The position numbers and the translations under genes are program-made. Positions 25,208 to 37,442 of a DNA stretch of 64,000 nucleotides are shown one piece after another. Under the pieces are notes generated by a model. That model did not search any database. It was given only the letters and a program-made list of their open reading frames with translations, and was not told where the DNA came from. How positions within the stretch are numbered: position 1 is the first letter of the stretch; every line of letters starts with the position of its first letter. The DNA comes from Pristiophorus japonicus (lineage: Eukaryota). The stretch lies in assembly GCF_044704955.1 (NCBI RefSeq), contig NC_091991.1, positions 164,672,001 to 164,736,000 of the forward strand, in the 5' to 3' direction.

Positions 25208-25615
25208 CATCATCATCATAGGCAGTCCCTCGAAACAAGAATGACTTGTTCCACGCCAAAAAGGGATGAGTTCACAGGTGTTTCAATGAAGGACCTAATA
25301 TTCCAGATTCCCGAACTACATGTTGAAGGGTGGAAGATGCCTGTGTGTGGATATTTTTAATGTGGGGTGGCCATTGCGCACCAGCCCACACGGGCTTGAC
25401 CGAGCTAGGTCTTGGTCCAGTGGCAAGGAGTAGCCAAGACGACTGGAGACCAGCTCTGCTGCATGGACCTAGTGCACACACACATTGCAGTGTGGGCTGG
25501 CCCGTGCTGCCCCAGGGCCCACGCCTCTTCTGGGCCCCAATCACATCCCTCTACAGTCTCTCGCCGCTTCTTCGCCCCGACCTTGCCGCTCCTGCTGTAC
25601 CTGCCTGCGCTCCAA
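25208..25615 (-). mobile_element. RTE-tailed short retroposon with 9-bp TSD
   Basis: (CAT)n-AGGCAGTCCCTCG RTE-type 3' end; TCGTGTGGT duplicated at 25199-25207 and 25616-25624. Confidence 0.8.
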
Positions 25616-26216
25616 TCGTGTGGTAGTAGCAAAATAAATCACACGTCAATATCCAAGTTGGATATCCAGACCAAAGCTTCCAGTGTAACAGCGTGGATAT
25701 CTTGTAGGCTTCCTGCGAATTTCCCCTGAAGGCAGTGCTCAGTGATATGCTCCAGAGTCTAATTAGGAGCTTCACGGTGACATGATGGGGATACTTTAAT
25801 CTTCCATCTATGGAGAAGGTGGCAGCATCGACTATGACCGGTTCTGAGCCAGTTGATGGTTGTCCACTGTTTGTGAGGAAGGTTTGATCCTTCAGGTTGT
25901 ACTGTGGGGTCCTCCTATAAGGAATCCATTCCGTATGTCACAGTTCTTCCAAGCATTTCGACATCGGTCATCAAGGCTGAGAGGAGATCGCTGAAGGGCT
26001 TCGGCGACGGTTCAAAATGGCCTTCTAGATCTGGTTAATGATCAAGTAATACTGGAAGTTTGCTGGAAACAGCTTGCCTACCTGTCCTCGAGCAAGTTTA
26101 CATGTGTAAGATGGGGAAGCAAAGGTACTATGAAGAAAAATATACCTCATTAAAATGGAGGCAGGTACTATAATGGCCCTGTTCACATACAGTCAGTGCA
26201 ACGTCATCAGCAGTGT

Positions 26217-27640
26217 GATAGAAACATAGAAAATAGGTGCAGGAGTAGGCCCTTCGAGCCTGCACCACCATTCAATAAGATCATGGCTGATCATTCACCT
26301 CAGTACCCCTTTCCTGCTTTCTCTCCATACCCCTTGATCCCTTTAGCCCATAAGGGCCATATCTAACTCCCTCTTGGATATATCCAATGAACTGGCATCA
26401 ACAACTCTCTGCGGTAGGGAATTCCACAGGTTAACAACTATCTGAGTGAAGAAGTTTCTCCTCATCTCAGTCCTAAATGGCTTACCCTTTATCCTTAGAC
26501 TGTGTCCCCTGGTTCTGGACTTCCCCAACATCAGGAACATTCTTCCAGCATCTAACCTGTCCAGTCCCGTCAGAATTTATATGTTTCTATGAGATCCCCT
26601 CTCATCCTTCTAAATGCCAGTGAATACAGGCCCAGTCGATCCAGTCTCTCCTCATATGTCAGTCCTGCCATCCCGGGAATCAGTCTGGTGAACCTTCGCT
26701 GCGCTTCCTCAATAGCAAGAACGTCCTTCCTCAGATTAGGAGACCAAAACTGAACACAATATTCCAGGTGAGGCCTCACCAAGAGGCTGTACAACTGCAG
26801 TAAGACCTCCCTGCTCCTATACTCTCTCCCCCTAGCTATGAAAGCCAACATACCATTTGCCGCCTTCACTGCCTGCTGTACCTGCATGCCAACTTTCAAT
26901 GACTGATGTACCATGACACCCAGGTCTCGTTGCACCTCCCCTTTTCCTAATCTGCCGCCATTCAGATAATCTGCTTTTGTGTTTTTGCCCCCAAAGTGGA
27001 TAACCTCACATTTATCCACATTATACTGCATCTGCCATGCATTTGCCCACTCACTAACCTGTCCAAGTCACCCTGCCACCTCTTGGCGTCCTCCTCACAG
27101 CTCACCCCGCCACCCAGCTTAGTGTCATCCGCAAACTTGGAGATATTACACTCAATTCCTTCATCTAAATCATTGATGTATATTGTAAATAGCTGGGGTC
27201 CCAGCACTGAGCCCTGCGGCACCCCACTAGTCACTGCCTGCCATTCTGAAAAGGACCCGTTTAACCGGATTCTCTGCTTCCTGTCTGCCAACCAGTTCTC
27301 TATCCACGTCAGTATATTACCCCCAATACCATGTGCTTTAATTTTGCGTGGGACCTTGTCAAAAGCCTTTTGAAAGTCCAAATACACATCCACTGGTTCT
27401 CCCTTGTCCACTCTACTAGTTACATCCTCAAAAAATTATAGAGGATTTGTCAAGCATGATTTCCCTTTCATAAATCCATGCTGACTTGGACCGATCCTGT
27501 CACTGCTTTCCAAATGCGCTGCTATTTCATCTTTAATAATTGATTCCAACATTTTCTCCACTACTGATGTCAGGCTAACCGGTCTATAATTACTCGTTTT
27601 CTCTCTCCCTCCTTTTTTTAAAAGTGGGGTTACATTAGAT
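26217..27640 (-). mobile_element. CR1 LINE, RT plus 3' end
   Basis: [44 protein letters not shown]. Confidence 0.95.
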
Positions 27641-28113
27641 TATCAGTCTAACCACTGAATAGATACAGATAACGAATTTTGGCTCATTCATCCACCACTG
27701 GAACATAGAGTGGACAATAGCTGTGCCACAGCAAACCGGGAACTTGTGATCACAACAGAAGGATATCTGAGAGGGAAAATTCCGGTGTTTTGCCCCTCAA
27801 GTTCCTGTCCACGAGTATGAGAGATTACATGTGGGCCGTTCAAAGTCCAGCAATGCTGCTGGAAGACAGGACAATAATTGCCTTTCTTCCGCATTTATAT
27901 TGGGAATCTGTTTGATATTCTCTAGGAAAATGCTGTCTGCCTGTTGGCCAGCATGATCACAATATAAATTGATTAGTCGCTCCAAAGACAGGTTCAATGT
28001 ATCAGATTTGTTTTCTAATGAGGAAGGCATTTAATTGGAACAAGGGCTACGCTAAACATTCCGTCTTCTAACTTGAGATTCTGCTAAATTAACTTTGGGT
28101 TTTTTTCTTTTAG

Positions 28114-28236
28114 CTGAGACAGAGCCTCATGAAGGGAAGAGGAAAGTAGAATCACTGTGGCCCATCTTCAGACTCCACCACCAGCGAACACGTTACATAT
28201 TTGACCTATTCTATAAGAGAAAGGCAATCAGCAGAG
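28114..28236 (+). CDS. BUD31: BUD31 coding exon 2
   Basis: Polypyrimidine tract plus TAG acceptor; (A)[40 protein letters not shown]; donor G|GTATG; 123 nt. Confidence 0.97.
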
Positions 28237-28699
28237 GTATGTTTAAAAATTACAGCTCTGTTTGCTTGTATTACGATGTTTCCTAACTGTACCAGTATAT
28301 GATTTTGATGTTCTTAAATGGAAAATCGCTGTTGAATCTAAGAACTACTGCCTGTTAAACAAGGAAACCATTTTTGTGTCTTTTTTTAAAAGCAAAATTA
28401 TCCAATTGGGTCTACTTCATACTTTGTTCATAATCACTGATATAAATATTCTACTAAATTGATTGAAGGAAAATCAACGTGTACTTCAAATTAGTTTCTA
28501 TATAGAATACATTACAAGATACTTTTGAATCCATTGCAGAATACCAACCCTACAATCTTCTATTTGCAGCATCTTGCTATTTCTTACGAGTCCATTAAGC
28601 ATGGCCCACCCACCCTGGCAGGTAACCCATTCCAGCCCAAGCGTGTACTTCCTGCGCCCGTTCCTAGACTTGCTGTTTACATCTTAGCATTTTAAAAAC

Positions 28700-29830
28700 A
28701 ATCTGTGGGATGTGGGCAAGGCTACATTTATTGTCCATCACTTGTTGCCCTGAGGTGGTGACAAGCCTTACCTTGAACTTCTGCAGTCCTTGTGGTGATG
28801 GTGCTCCCACAATGGTTGTTCTGCAGCGAGTGGCTCACCTCCCGACTCCCCAAAGCCTTTCCTCCACCAACAAGTCAGGAGTGTGATGGAATACTTGTTT
28901 GAATGGGTGTAGCTGCAGCAACATTTAAGCAACTCGGCACCGTCCAGGACCAAGCAATCTGTTTGATCGGCACTAGGCTAAACATCCACCACCGGTGCAC
29001 CGTGGCTGCAGTGTGTACTATCTACAGGACCCACCGCAGCAACTCCCAAACCCGCGACATCCACCACTTGAAGGATCTGGGCAGCAGATGCATGGGAACA
29101 GCACCACATACTAATCTGTTCCTTCATCGTCACTGAGTCAAAATCCTGGAACTTCCTACCCAACCACTAAGTGGACTGCAGCGGTTCAAGAAGGCCCACT
29201 GCCACCTTCTCAAGGGCAGCTAGGGATGGGCAGTAAATTCTAGTCTTTCCAGTGACTCCCACATCAAAAGAAAGAGAAAAAGTAGGGACTTGCAGTAAAT
29301 TGAGCCAGTAATGATAGAACGGTGATGTATGTTCACGTCAGGATGGTGTGTGACTTGGGAGGTGTTCCCACGTCATTGATACTTTTGTCCTTCTTGGTAG
29401 TGGAGATCACGGGGAAAGGAAGTACAGTCGGGGTAACCTTGGTGAGTTGCTGCATTGCATCTTGTAGATGGTACATACCGCAGCCACAGTGCACTAGTGT
29501 AGAACGGATGGATGCTGAGTCCAATAGCTGTGGCATCGATCAAGCAAAGTGCTCTGACCTGCTTTTTGATATTCCTGCTGCATCCATTCAGGCGAGTGTG
29601 CCATCGCACATCTGATTTGAGCTTTTAGGTGGTGGAAAGGCTTTGAGAGGTCAGGAGGTGATCCACTGTTGCAGACTACCCAGCCTAGACCCTGCTGTTG
29701 TAGTCGTGATGATCTGACTAGTTCAGTTAGGCTTCTGGACAATGAAGAAACCCCCCCCCACCCTGCCAGAATGTTGATAGTCAGGGACTCTAGTCGTGCC
29801 ATTAAAGGTGAGGGGATGATGGTTGGGTTT
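28700..29830. mobile_element. Rearranged old fragments of the Crack/L2-like LINE family seen at 8095
   Basis: Similarity to 8100-8800 in alternating orientations. Confidence 0.6.
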
Positions 29831-30734
29831 TGTAAGGGATTATAGTGTTGTAGCAGGCAAAGAGCAGACCGATAGGTGATCACAACATAATGCTGAAGGT
29901 AGTGAACTTATCAGTATTAGGTAGGTCAGAGGAATCTGTGAAGTTCCTCTACTTTACGGTATGGATTATTGCCTATTGTCTGTAACACTTGCTTATGTAG
30001 GTATAGCACACTTTAAACGAATTAAGCCTGATGGTTTATGAACCATCCTTAATCTTAGTAATACATAACAAGACAGTAGAGGTCAGCAGTTGCACATACA
30101 TTAAATTTTGATTAGACATCTCTGAGGAAGAGATAAGAAAGCCAGTATTTTGGAACAGTTACTTCAGGCGTCATATAGACTAAGGCAAAGTGCACATCAC
30201 TGAACAAACAAAATTAACATATGATGGGAGATGGACAATTGCATGTACCACTCAGAGCCAGTCTGATGAGAGATGACAAATCAATGTAATTTCACTGATG
30301 GCAGCAGACCTATCGATTTTGTAGGAGGTAGTCCCCTCCAAAAACTGTATAAATTGTACTTGAAACCTCTTGTACTTTGAAGGTTCCACGATTGAACTTC
30401 CCTTGCATTTGCTCGAAATGAAGCCAGTTGAACCGAAGGTTTAGTTTGTTTGATTCTGTGGTCATTATACAGAGGGCGAGGTGTCGATCAGGTAGTCCGC
30501 CTCGAGGGAGAGAAGTCTTCCTTTTACCCCAACAGGTTTCCTCTTGTTCGAATAACTAATCGAATTGTGTTTTTAACAACAATCTGGATGCTTTCTCTGG
30601 TACAAGCCCACAAATGACCAGATTTGTTGAATTCAATTTCACAACTTCCCTCTGGTTTGATGATATAACCTCTAGGCTGCTGTGCCACATTTTAAAAGTG
30701 TTATAATTTTTTTTTCCACACCTATTTGAAAGAT

Positions 30735-30978
30735 GCAGGAGAAAGTTCTTCACTCAGAGAATTGTGAACCTGTGGAATTCTCTTCCACAAAGTTGTTGAG
30801 GCCAGTTCGTTAGATATATTCAAAAGGGAGTTAGATGTGGCCCTTACAGCTAAAGGGATCAGGAGTTATGGAAAGCATGAAAGGGGTACTGAGGTTGCAT
30901 GATCAGTCATGATCATATTGAATGGTGGTACAGGCTCAAAGGGCCGAATGACCTACTTTTGCACCTATTTTCTATGTT
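30735..30978 (+). mobile_element. CR1 3' end
   Basis: FFTQRIVNLWNSLPQ coding plus CR1 3'UTR. Confidence 0.85.
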
Positions 30979-31631
30979 CTCTTGCTAGCTCTTTGCCTTC
31001 CAGATTGGTAACTAACTGAAGTGTACAGCTCCTTTGCATGGTGCAATTAAATCCTTTATCGGAAGATGCCTCCCTTCTAGTAGCCCTGTTTTTGATTGAA
31101 AAATGTTCAATATGTCAAGTTAGCTAAGATGCGTGCCTCCCCAGGTCTGTTATTTATGCATTGGTGTTGGAATTGCTGGCATTTCCCCCCCTATTAGTGT
31201 ATGCAATAGGGAACAAATGTTCCTGTAATTGTGCGCACTGTAACTGAAATGAAGTTCCGGCATCCCAGACAGGAAACTGATGAATGTTGCCCTCTGCCTA
31301 TATTGCAGTAATTCCAGCACTGGCAGTGTGATCTCTCTCGTGACCTGCATGTATTTGTTGGCAGTTTTTGACCAGTTTGCACAGAGGAGTGCCATTTGAC
31401 TGGTGTTTAAATGCTTCATCCTGGCAAGAGGGAGTAATGTGCTTGACATTTATTCCTACCTATGTCCAGGACGTATGTTTTGGCAAACTTATTTGCAGTG
31501 CATGGCTGTACTTGTCTAATTTTTCTAAAGAGCTAATAAATATGTGATCCCTCCATGTTTCACTATAATTAAGAGGACTTATTTTATAAAGTGTGTGTCG
31601 GGTTTAGTAACATCATGATCTTGTTTTGTAG

Positions 31632-31798
31632 AGCTGTATGATTATTGCATAAGGGAAGGATATGCTGACAAGAATCTCATCGCTAAGTGGAAGAAGCAGG
31701 GCTACGAGAACCTGTGCTGTCTCCGCTGCATCCAGACCCGAGACACCAACTTTGGAACAAATTGCATCTGCAGGGTCCCCAAGAGCAAGCTTGAAGTG
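31632..31798 (+). CDS. BUD31: BUD31 coding exon 3
   Basis: tttgtag acceptor; (E)[55 protein letters not shown]; donor GTG|GTGAG; 167 nt. Confidence 0.97.
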
Positions 31799-32369
31799 GT
31801 GAGTCTCCCTCTACACTGAGGTCTCCTCTCTACAGTAAAACTGTTCAGACTCCCCCAAGTTAAATCCATTAACATAAGTTGCATATTAGTCTGACAGCTA
31901 TTTGTTGAAATAGTCCACTGTAAAATACTCACTCCTTTTAAACTTAAACTTTCACTTGTTTGTGACCAGTTAATATTTGATCCAGAATTTTTAAATTTGC
32001 TTGCAAAACTATAATTACACTTCAGTAATAATTGATTAACTGTGAAGTGGTTTGGAATGTCTTGAGGTTGTGAATGTGATTTTAAATGCAAGTTCTTTCG
32101 TTTACAACAACCTGACATTCAAGATCAGATGGAGTTGTGTGCCTCCCAGGAATCAATTACCAAGTGGGATTAGTAAATGCCTCCATGCAGATTTGCTTAT
32201 ACAGGTGTGACGTCCAAAATCCGGAAACCTCGGGACGGTTAGATAAATCCGATTTATGTCATAAATCTGGGACAGAAATACCATTGTTGTTTGAAAGTTG
32301 TACTGAGGACCCCACTTCAACTAGATTTGTTTAAAAGATAAATCTCCATAATTCTTGTATATGATCTCT

Positions 32370-33150
32370 TGCATTTATGTAGCGCATTTAATGTAGAAAA
32401 AATGTCACAAGCATAATCAGACAAAGAATGAGATCAAGCCAACAAAGATATTGGGACAAAGGGAGTGGAGGAAACACACGAGGTCAGAGGAACGCAGTGT
32501 TCTTGGCAGGTTGTAGGGCTGGAGGAGAAGGTTACAGAGATAGGAATAGGCACGGTCAGGAAGAGATTTAAACACACGGATGAGGATTTTAAGTTTGAAG
32601 CATTGGAGGGATTGGGAGCCAGTGTAGGTCAGCAAGGACAGGGGTGGTGATTGAGCAGGACTTGGTGTAGGATAGACTGAGTTGAAATTTCTGGAAGGTT
32701 GAAGGTAACAAAGGCATGGATGAGAGTTTCAGCAGCACATGGGCTAAGGTGTGGTGGAGTTGGGCAATGAAACTGAGGTGGAAGTAGGTGGTTTTTATGG
32801 GGGAAGAATTCAGGTTGTCGTTAAATAGGATGTGTAAGTCGCGGAGAGTGTGCTTCAATCTCCGACATTGGCCGGGGAGAGGGTGGAATCAGGCGAGGGT
32901 ACGGAGTTTGTGGCGGGGTCTGAAGAGAATGATTTTGGTCTTGCTAACGTTTAACTGTGAGAAATGATTACTCATCCAGGACCGGGTGTTGGACAAGCAG
33001 TCTAACCAAGCCAGTAAAGCTGGGTGTTAGCATACATGTGGAAGCTGATCCCATGTCTTCAGATGATGTCACCAAGGGGTAGTATGTCAAGAGGGACGAG
33101 GAGGGGCCAAGGAGAGATCCTTGGGGACTCCATTGATGAATGTGTAAACA
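32370..33150 (-). mobile_element. Old L2 LINE fragment
   Basis: PQGSLLGP, ITTPVLADLHWLPI and FKLKIL motifs of L2 RT. Confidence 0.7.
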
Positions 33151-33226
33151 GTTTAGAATTCTTATGATCACCAGTATTCAGTTTGAGATTGCTTTATAAT
33201 CATTTTAATTTCTTTCTTTCTCACAG

Positions 33227-33277
33227 GGGCGGATTATTGAGTGCACACACTGTGGATGTAGAGGCTGCTCTGGTTGA
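33227..33277 (+). CDS. BUD31: BUD31 last coding exon
   Basis: tttctcacag acceptor; GRIIECTHCGCRGCSG*; exon sum 94+123+167+51=435 nt = 144 aa + stop. Confidence 0.97.
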   Translation, partial: GRIIECTHCGCRGCSG

Positions 33278-33700
33278 ATTTTTCTTTTTTGGACGAAGGA
33301 AGTTTTTGTTTATGCATCAATTTTATTTTTAATCAAGTTTGGACCACAATTAAAAGATGTACTGTATATGCTGTAGCTTTCTTCTAACCAGCTTTGTTTT
33401 TTGGAATGGGGTAGTGAAGTAAAGCTTTGTTGTAAAACCAAAACTTGCAAACACCAGATGTAGTCTTTATAAAGTACCACCATCACAAATAGATTGATCT
33501 GGATGGCAACTATTCTCACTCTGAAGCACCTTCTTGTAAAAGTGTGGCAATTTGACTTGGTGCAATGTGACAACTATACTTGCCACATGTAACTTAAGTT
33601 TGGCAGCAGTAAAGTCACTTGCCCCACAGACTGCCATTAAGAGATGACCATGGTCACTTTGGGCTGGTTAGATCTGTCAAACCAATCACATCTATAATTA

Positions 33701-33816
33701 AATAAAATGGAAGACCATCCTATTCAATAACTACTCTTGACAGTCCTCTGAATCTGCATATTTCAGTATCTTTGTAACTGCTTATTGATCTGTATTGAAG
33801 GTTATTGTGAAATAAA
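33701..33816 (+). promoter_or_regulatory. Candidate BUD31 polyadenylation signals (AATAAA at 33701 and 33811)
   Basis: Two AATAAA hexamers 420-540 nt after the stop; the second is followed by T/GT-rich sequence. Confidence 0.6.
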
Positions 33817-34429
33817 GTTTTTGTTCATGTCCCTGCCTTTGTTTCATGAGCTTCCTGTAAAAAGCGAATACATTTAAGAGTTGGAATTTCCAAATCAATC
33901 CCATGACACAGATGGAAATGGGTCTTGTGTTTTTTGTTGCTTGAAATAGTCGGCACTGTCAGCAATGCCAAGTAAACCCTTTACTGTGTGTCACTGCTCC
34001 CTATAGTTATATATTTTAAAGACTTCTCCATGACCAATGTTTATTTAGTGCCTTTTATGCAGAACAATTATATCCCTAAGCTTAGATCTGGTACTCAATT
34101 AAAGAGGATAGACTTAGATGGTTTCTGAAAGATGATCTATCTTTCCCTTTAATTGAGTACTGGATTTTATCTTGTGGTGAGACCATTGCTTCAAGTCTAG
34201 GCAACTAGGCAATCATTCCTCATGCACACTTTCTCTCGCAACATTTGAACTCTGGAAACCGAAGTTCAGTACTCCCTAGATCAGGAATGTCCAGACTGCA
34301 GTCTCCGAGATCTGGCAATCATAGAATGATACCGCCCAGGAAGCCATTTGGCACATCATGCCTGTGACAGCTCTTTGAAAGAGCTATACAATTAGTCCCA
34401 CTCCCCTATTCTTTCCTCAGCCCTGCAAA

Positions 34430-35270
34430 TGATTCCACTTCCAGTACCAGGTGACTTTTTTTACTTTGAACGCTGTCCACCTTTTCAGTACCTTTTTATC
34501 CGATCTCTCTACTACCTCTCCCTCTTTGAGCCTGTTACACTATTTTCCCAGTCTATATTAGGAAAATTTAAGTCTCCCAATATCAGTAGTTCTTGCATCT
34601 TTCTGCAATTTGCTCTCCTATCTCCATTCCACTATTTGGTGGCATGTACTATACACCCAGCAGTGTAATAGTTCCTCTGTTCCTAAATCTAATCGAATAG
34701 ATCTTTAAACTTCCAAGTACATCATCCCTTTCTAGTGCTATAACAGTATCTTTGATCAATACTGCCTTCCCCTCTTTCCCTTCCCTATCTTTTCTGAATA
34801 TACTGTAGCCAGCAATATTAAGTGCCCATTCCTCCCCTTATTTGAGCCAGGTCTCTGTTATTACATCATAATCGCATGTGGCTACATGGGTCTGCAGATC
34901 ACCAAATTTATTTACCACGCTCCGTGCATTTACACACATGCATCCCAAACCCATCTTAGCCCAGGTCTGACCCCTATTTTTGAACTATTTATTCTAATGC
35001 TGTTTGTCTCTCCCAGGCCTTTGCGCACCTTGTATCTCCTCTCTAATGCTTTATCCTGGTGCCCCTCCCCCAGCCAAATTAGTTTTAAACCCCCCTTCAC
35101 AACACTAATTAACCTCCCAGCAAGGACAGCCCTGTTGCGGTGCAACCCGCCCATCATGTACAGGTCTCAATGCTCCAGGAATCTGAAGCCCTCCTGCACC
35201 ATTTTTCCAGGCAGGTGTTAACCTGTCTTATCTAACTGCTTCTATACTCACTGGCACGTGGCACTGGGAG
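34430..35270 (-). mobile_element. CR1 internal fragment (ORF1 esterase end to ORF2 endonuclease start) between the BUD31 and PTCD1 3' ends
   Basis: GLHRNRAVLAGRLISVVKGGLKL (SGNH-type ORF1 tail); ITETWL and GDLNFPNIDW endonuclease motifs on -. Confidence 0.7.
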
Positions 35271-35665
35271 TAAATGGAAACTCAGTCCTATATGTTCTTT
35301 TGATTCTTAGCTGCTGCTTTGGCCTGGTTAAATGGTGTGAGGTTGGAAAGGGATTTAACTTTAGAAATGGCACTGGTGGCTGCATGGTACACACCCATAT
35401 GACCTAGAGAGAAAAAAGCCAAGATATCCCTGACATAGATAAATTGTAGAGTACACTCTGCATACAGAGAACCAATGAGGTTTAAGATCAAAAAAAGTTT
35501 GTTTTCTAGCATGATTCTCAGGCAGGACTGCCTCCAACCCTTTCAGCCGTTGAAGCTTCTTGCCACAATGGCATAGCTGAGGATAGGAATTACTGTTAAA
35601 CAGCCCTGGGCATCGCCATTGCTCCTAGTTAGCGTTTAAAGGACATTTTCTCTTCTATTGAGGTC

Positions 35666-35671
35666 TTTATT
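35666..35671 (-). promoter_or_regulatory. Candidate PTCD1 polyadenylation signal
   Basis: TTTATT on + (AATAAA on -) ~195 nt downstream of the PTCD1 stop. Confidence 0.55.
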
Positions 35672-35864
35672 CCATTGCACAAATATAGTAAATTAAGTCG
35701 TCAATGACTTATTTGAGTGTATTTACAGAATTGACTTTCCTTTAAATACTATCTGGTGCACAGCTCCACCAACACCCAGGACTACAGTATACAGGGTCTG
35801 CACCAGTGAATGAATTCAGTGGATATGAAGGGCTGAAAGTTGACACTTTCATGGTTCAGTTACA

Positions 35865-36065
35865 CTAGCAATCTTCCATTTCATGCTTTTTTTCCCCCAG
35901 TTCCGATGTTTCCGTGTGGGTTAATCCTCTTGGTGGGACACGACTCTTAACGCTGTACTTTTCCCACGGATGCGGTGTCTCCACTGCAGGCATGAAGTTT
36001 AACCAGCGATAGTAATACCCGCGGAAGCCATCTATCTTTTCCAGATAGGTATTCTTTGACTTGTA
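35865..36065 (-). CDS. PTCD1: PTCD1 last coding exon
   Basis: [37 protein letters not shown]...EDC*; conserved PTCD1 C-terminal motif. Confidence 0.95.
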   Translation of the reverse strand, partial: YKSKNTYLEKIDGFRGYYYRWLNFMPAVETPHPWEKYSVKSRVPPRGLTHTETSELGEKKHEMEDC

Positions 36066-37251
36066 CTGGATAAACAGGAAGGCAAACCAGATTATGAGCA
36101 TTGGTATTCCTTTATCAAGATTTGTAAAACTGCACTATAAAGGATACTATACTAATAACCTCCTATCACATATAGTTCATGTAACAAGTGAAAGCCAACA
36201 TAGTTGGAAAAAGCCACTATCACCGTTGTAGTTGGATGCAATGGGTAATTTAGCCCTTGAAATAATACTGATGTCACATGGGTTTGGCCCATTACTGTCC
36301 CTTACACTTTTAATAACTAATAATGTAGCTAAAATAAATAATCAACTATAGTCGTGGGTTACAGAAAAATAACGAGGCTCGTGTAGGCAAATCCATCTCC
36401 TTACACGACTTACAAAGCCTTCCAGACTCTTAACGAGTCAGTTACAATCTTGAACATGTTCCCAAATGTTCCTTTTGTTATTTAACTGTTCGGTGTATTC
36501 CCATATATCACTTTTGCTGAGTTTTTCCCCTAAAGCCCGTGTTGATTGGATGAGATGTTAAACAAGGTCCTGTCTGCCTGCTCCGGTGGGACTTTAAATA
36601 TCCCACTGTACTAGAGCAGAGAGTTCGCTCGATGCTGGCCAACATTCCTCTCTGAATCGATACAACCAAGCTCTCGGTCAAGGTACATTTTGACTCTGCT
36701 TTATGGGATGATGCTATAGTTTCCCATGTACACTAAGGCACCTCAGAAGCAGTTCATTGTGTGATGCACTGAGACACATTTCAATGTGACAGGTGCTGTA
36801 TAAATGCAGGTCTTTAGTTTGTCACCTTTACCTTCCAGTTCTGTCTTCAACCTACGCTTGCCGCCTGAAGCACTGCACAAATTAAAACACAGCGGCAGTG
36901 CTACCGAAGGCAGAACAAAAACCACTGGAAATATGATTTCAGCATATGCCCATTACACTACTCTGTCCCCCTTTTCGTAGTATAAACTCACTGTGTTGGC
37001 CATGGTGCACAATCCCACATACAGCCAGTTTCTAGTTAGCCGTCGTGCCAGAGGGAATGAGAGAAAGTCTGAGCTATTAACCCCGGCTGCTGTCACATCC
37101 CTCAGTGACTGGCTGTAGAGTGGTTTGGCGTGGGAGATGGTTGTGGTGTGGGCTGATACCCAGCTCATTTCTCTTGGTTTAGCAATAGTGCGTGCTTCAA
37201 AAAAAACCCCTCTCTTTTTAAAAAAAAAAGAGATGAATGCTCATCACCTAC

Positions 37252-37434
37252 CCTGTCAAATTTTGGAGGGTACTTGACCACAAATTCCAATTGCCTAAGA
37301 ACGACCTCGTTGGGCGGAACTTGATTTTTCGCCATGTCTTGCAGGATATCAGTGAGGTACACGTAGTCCAGCTGCTTTGCTGCATTGTTGATCAGGGTGC
37401 TGTACACATTGACATTGGGGGTTACTCCAGACAG
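37252..37434 (-). CDS. PTCD1: PTCD1 coding exon 7
   Basis: [61 protein letters not shown]; tttcag/GTAGG; 183 nt. Confidence 0.95.
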
Positions 37435-37442
37435 CTGAAATA

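Noticed and set aside
25630-26200. Unassigned stretch with faint endonuclease-like motifs on the minus strand
   Set aside because: Probably a very old L2/CR1 remnant, too degenerate to call
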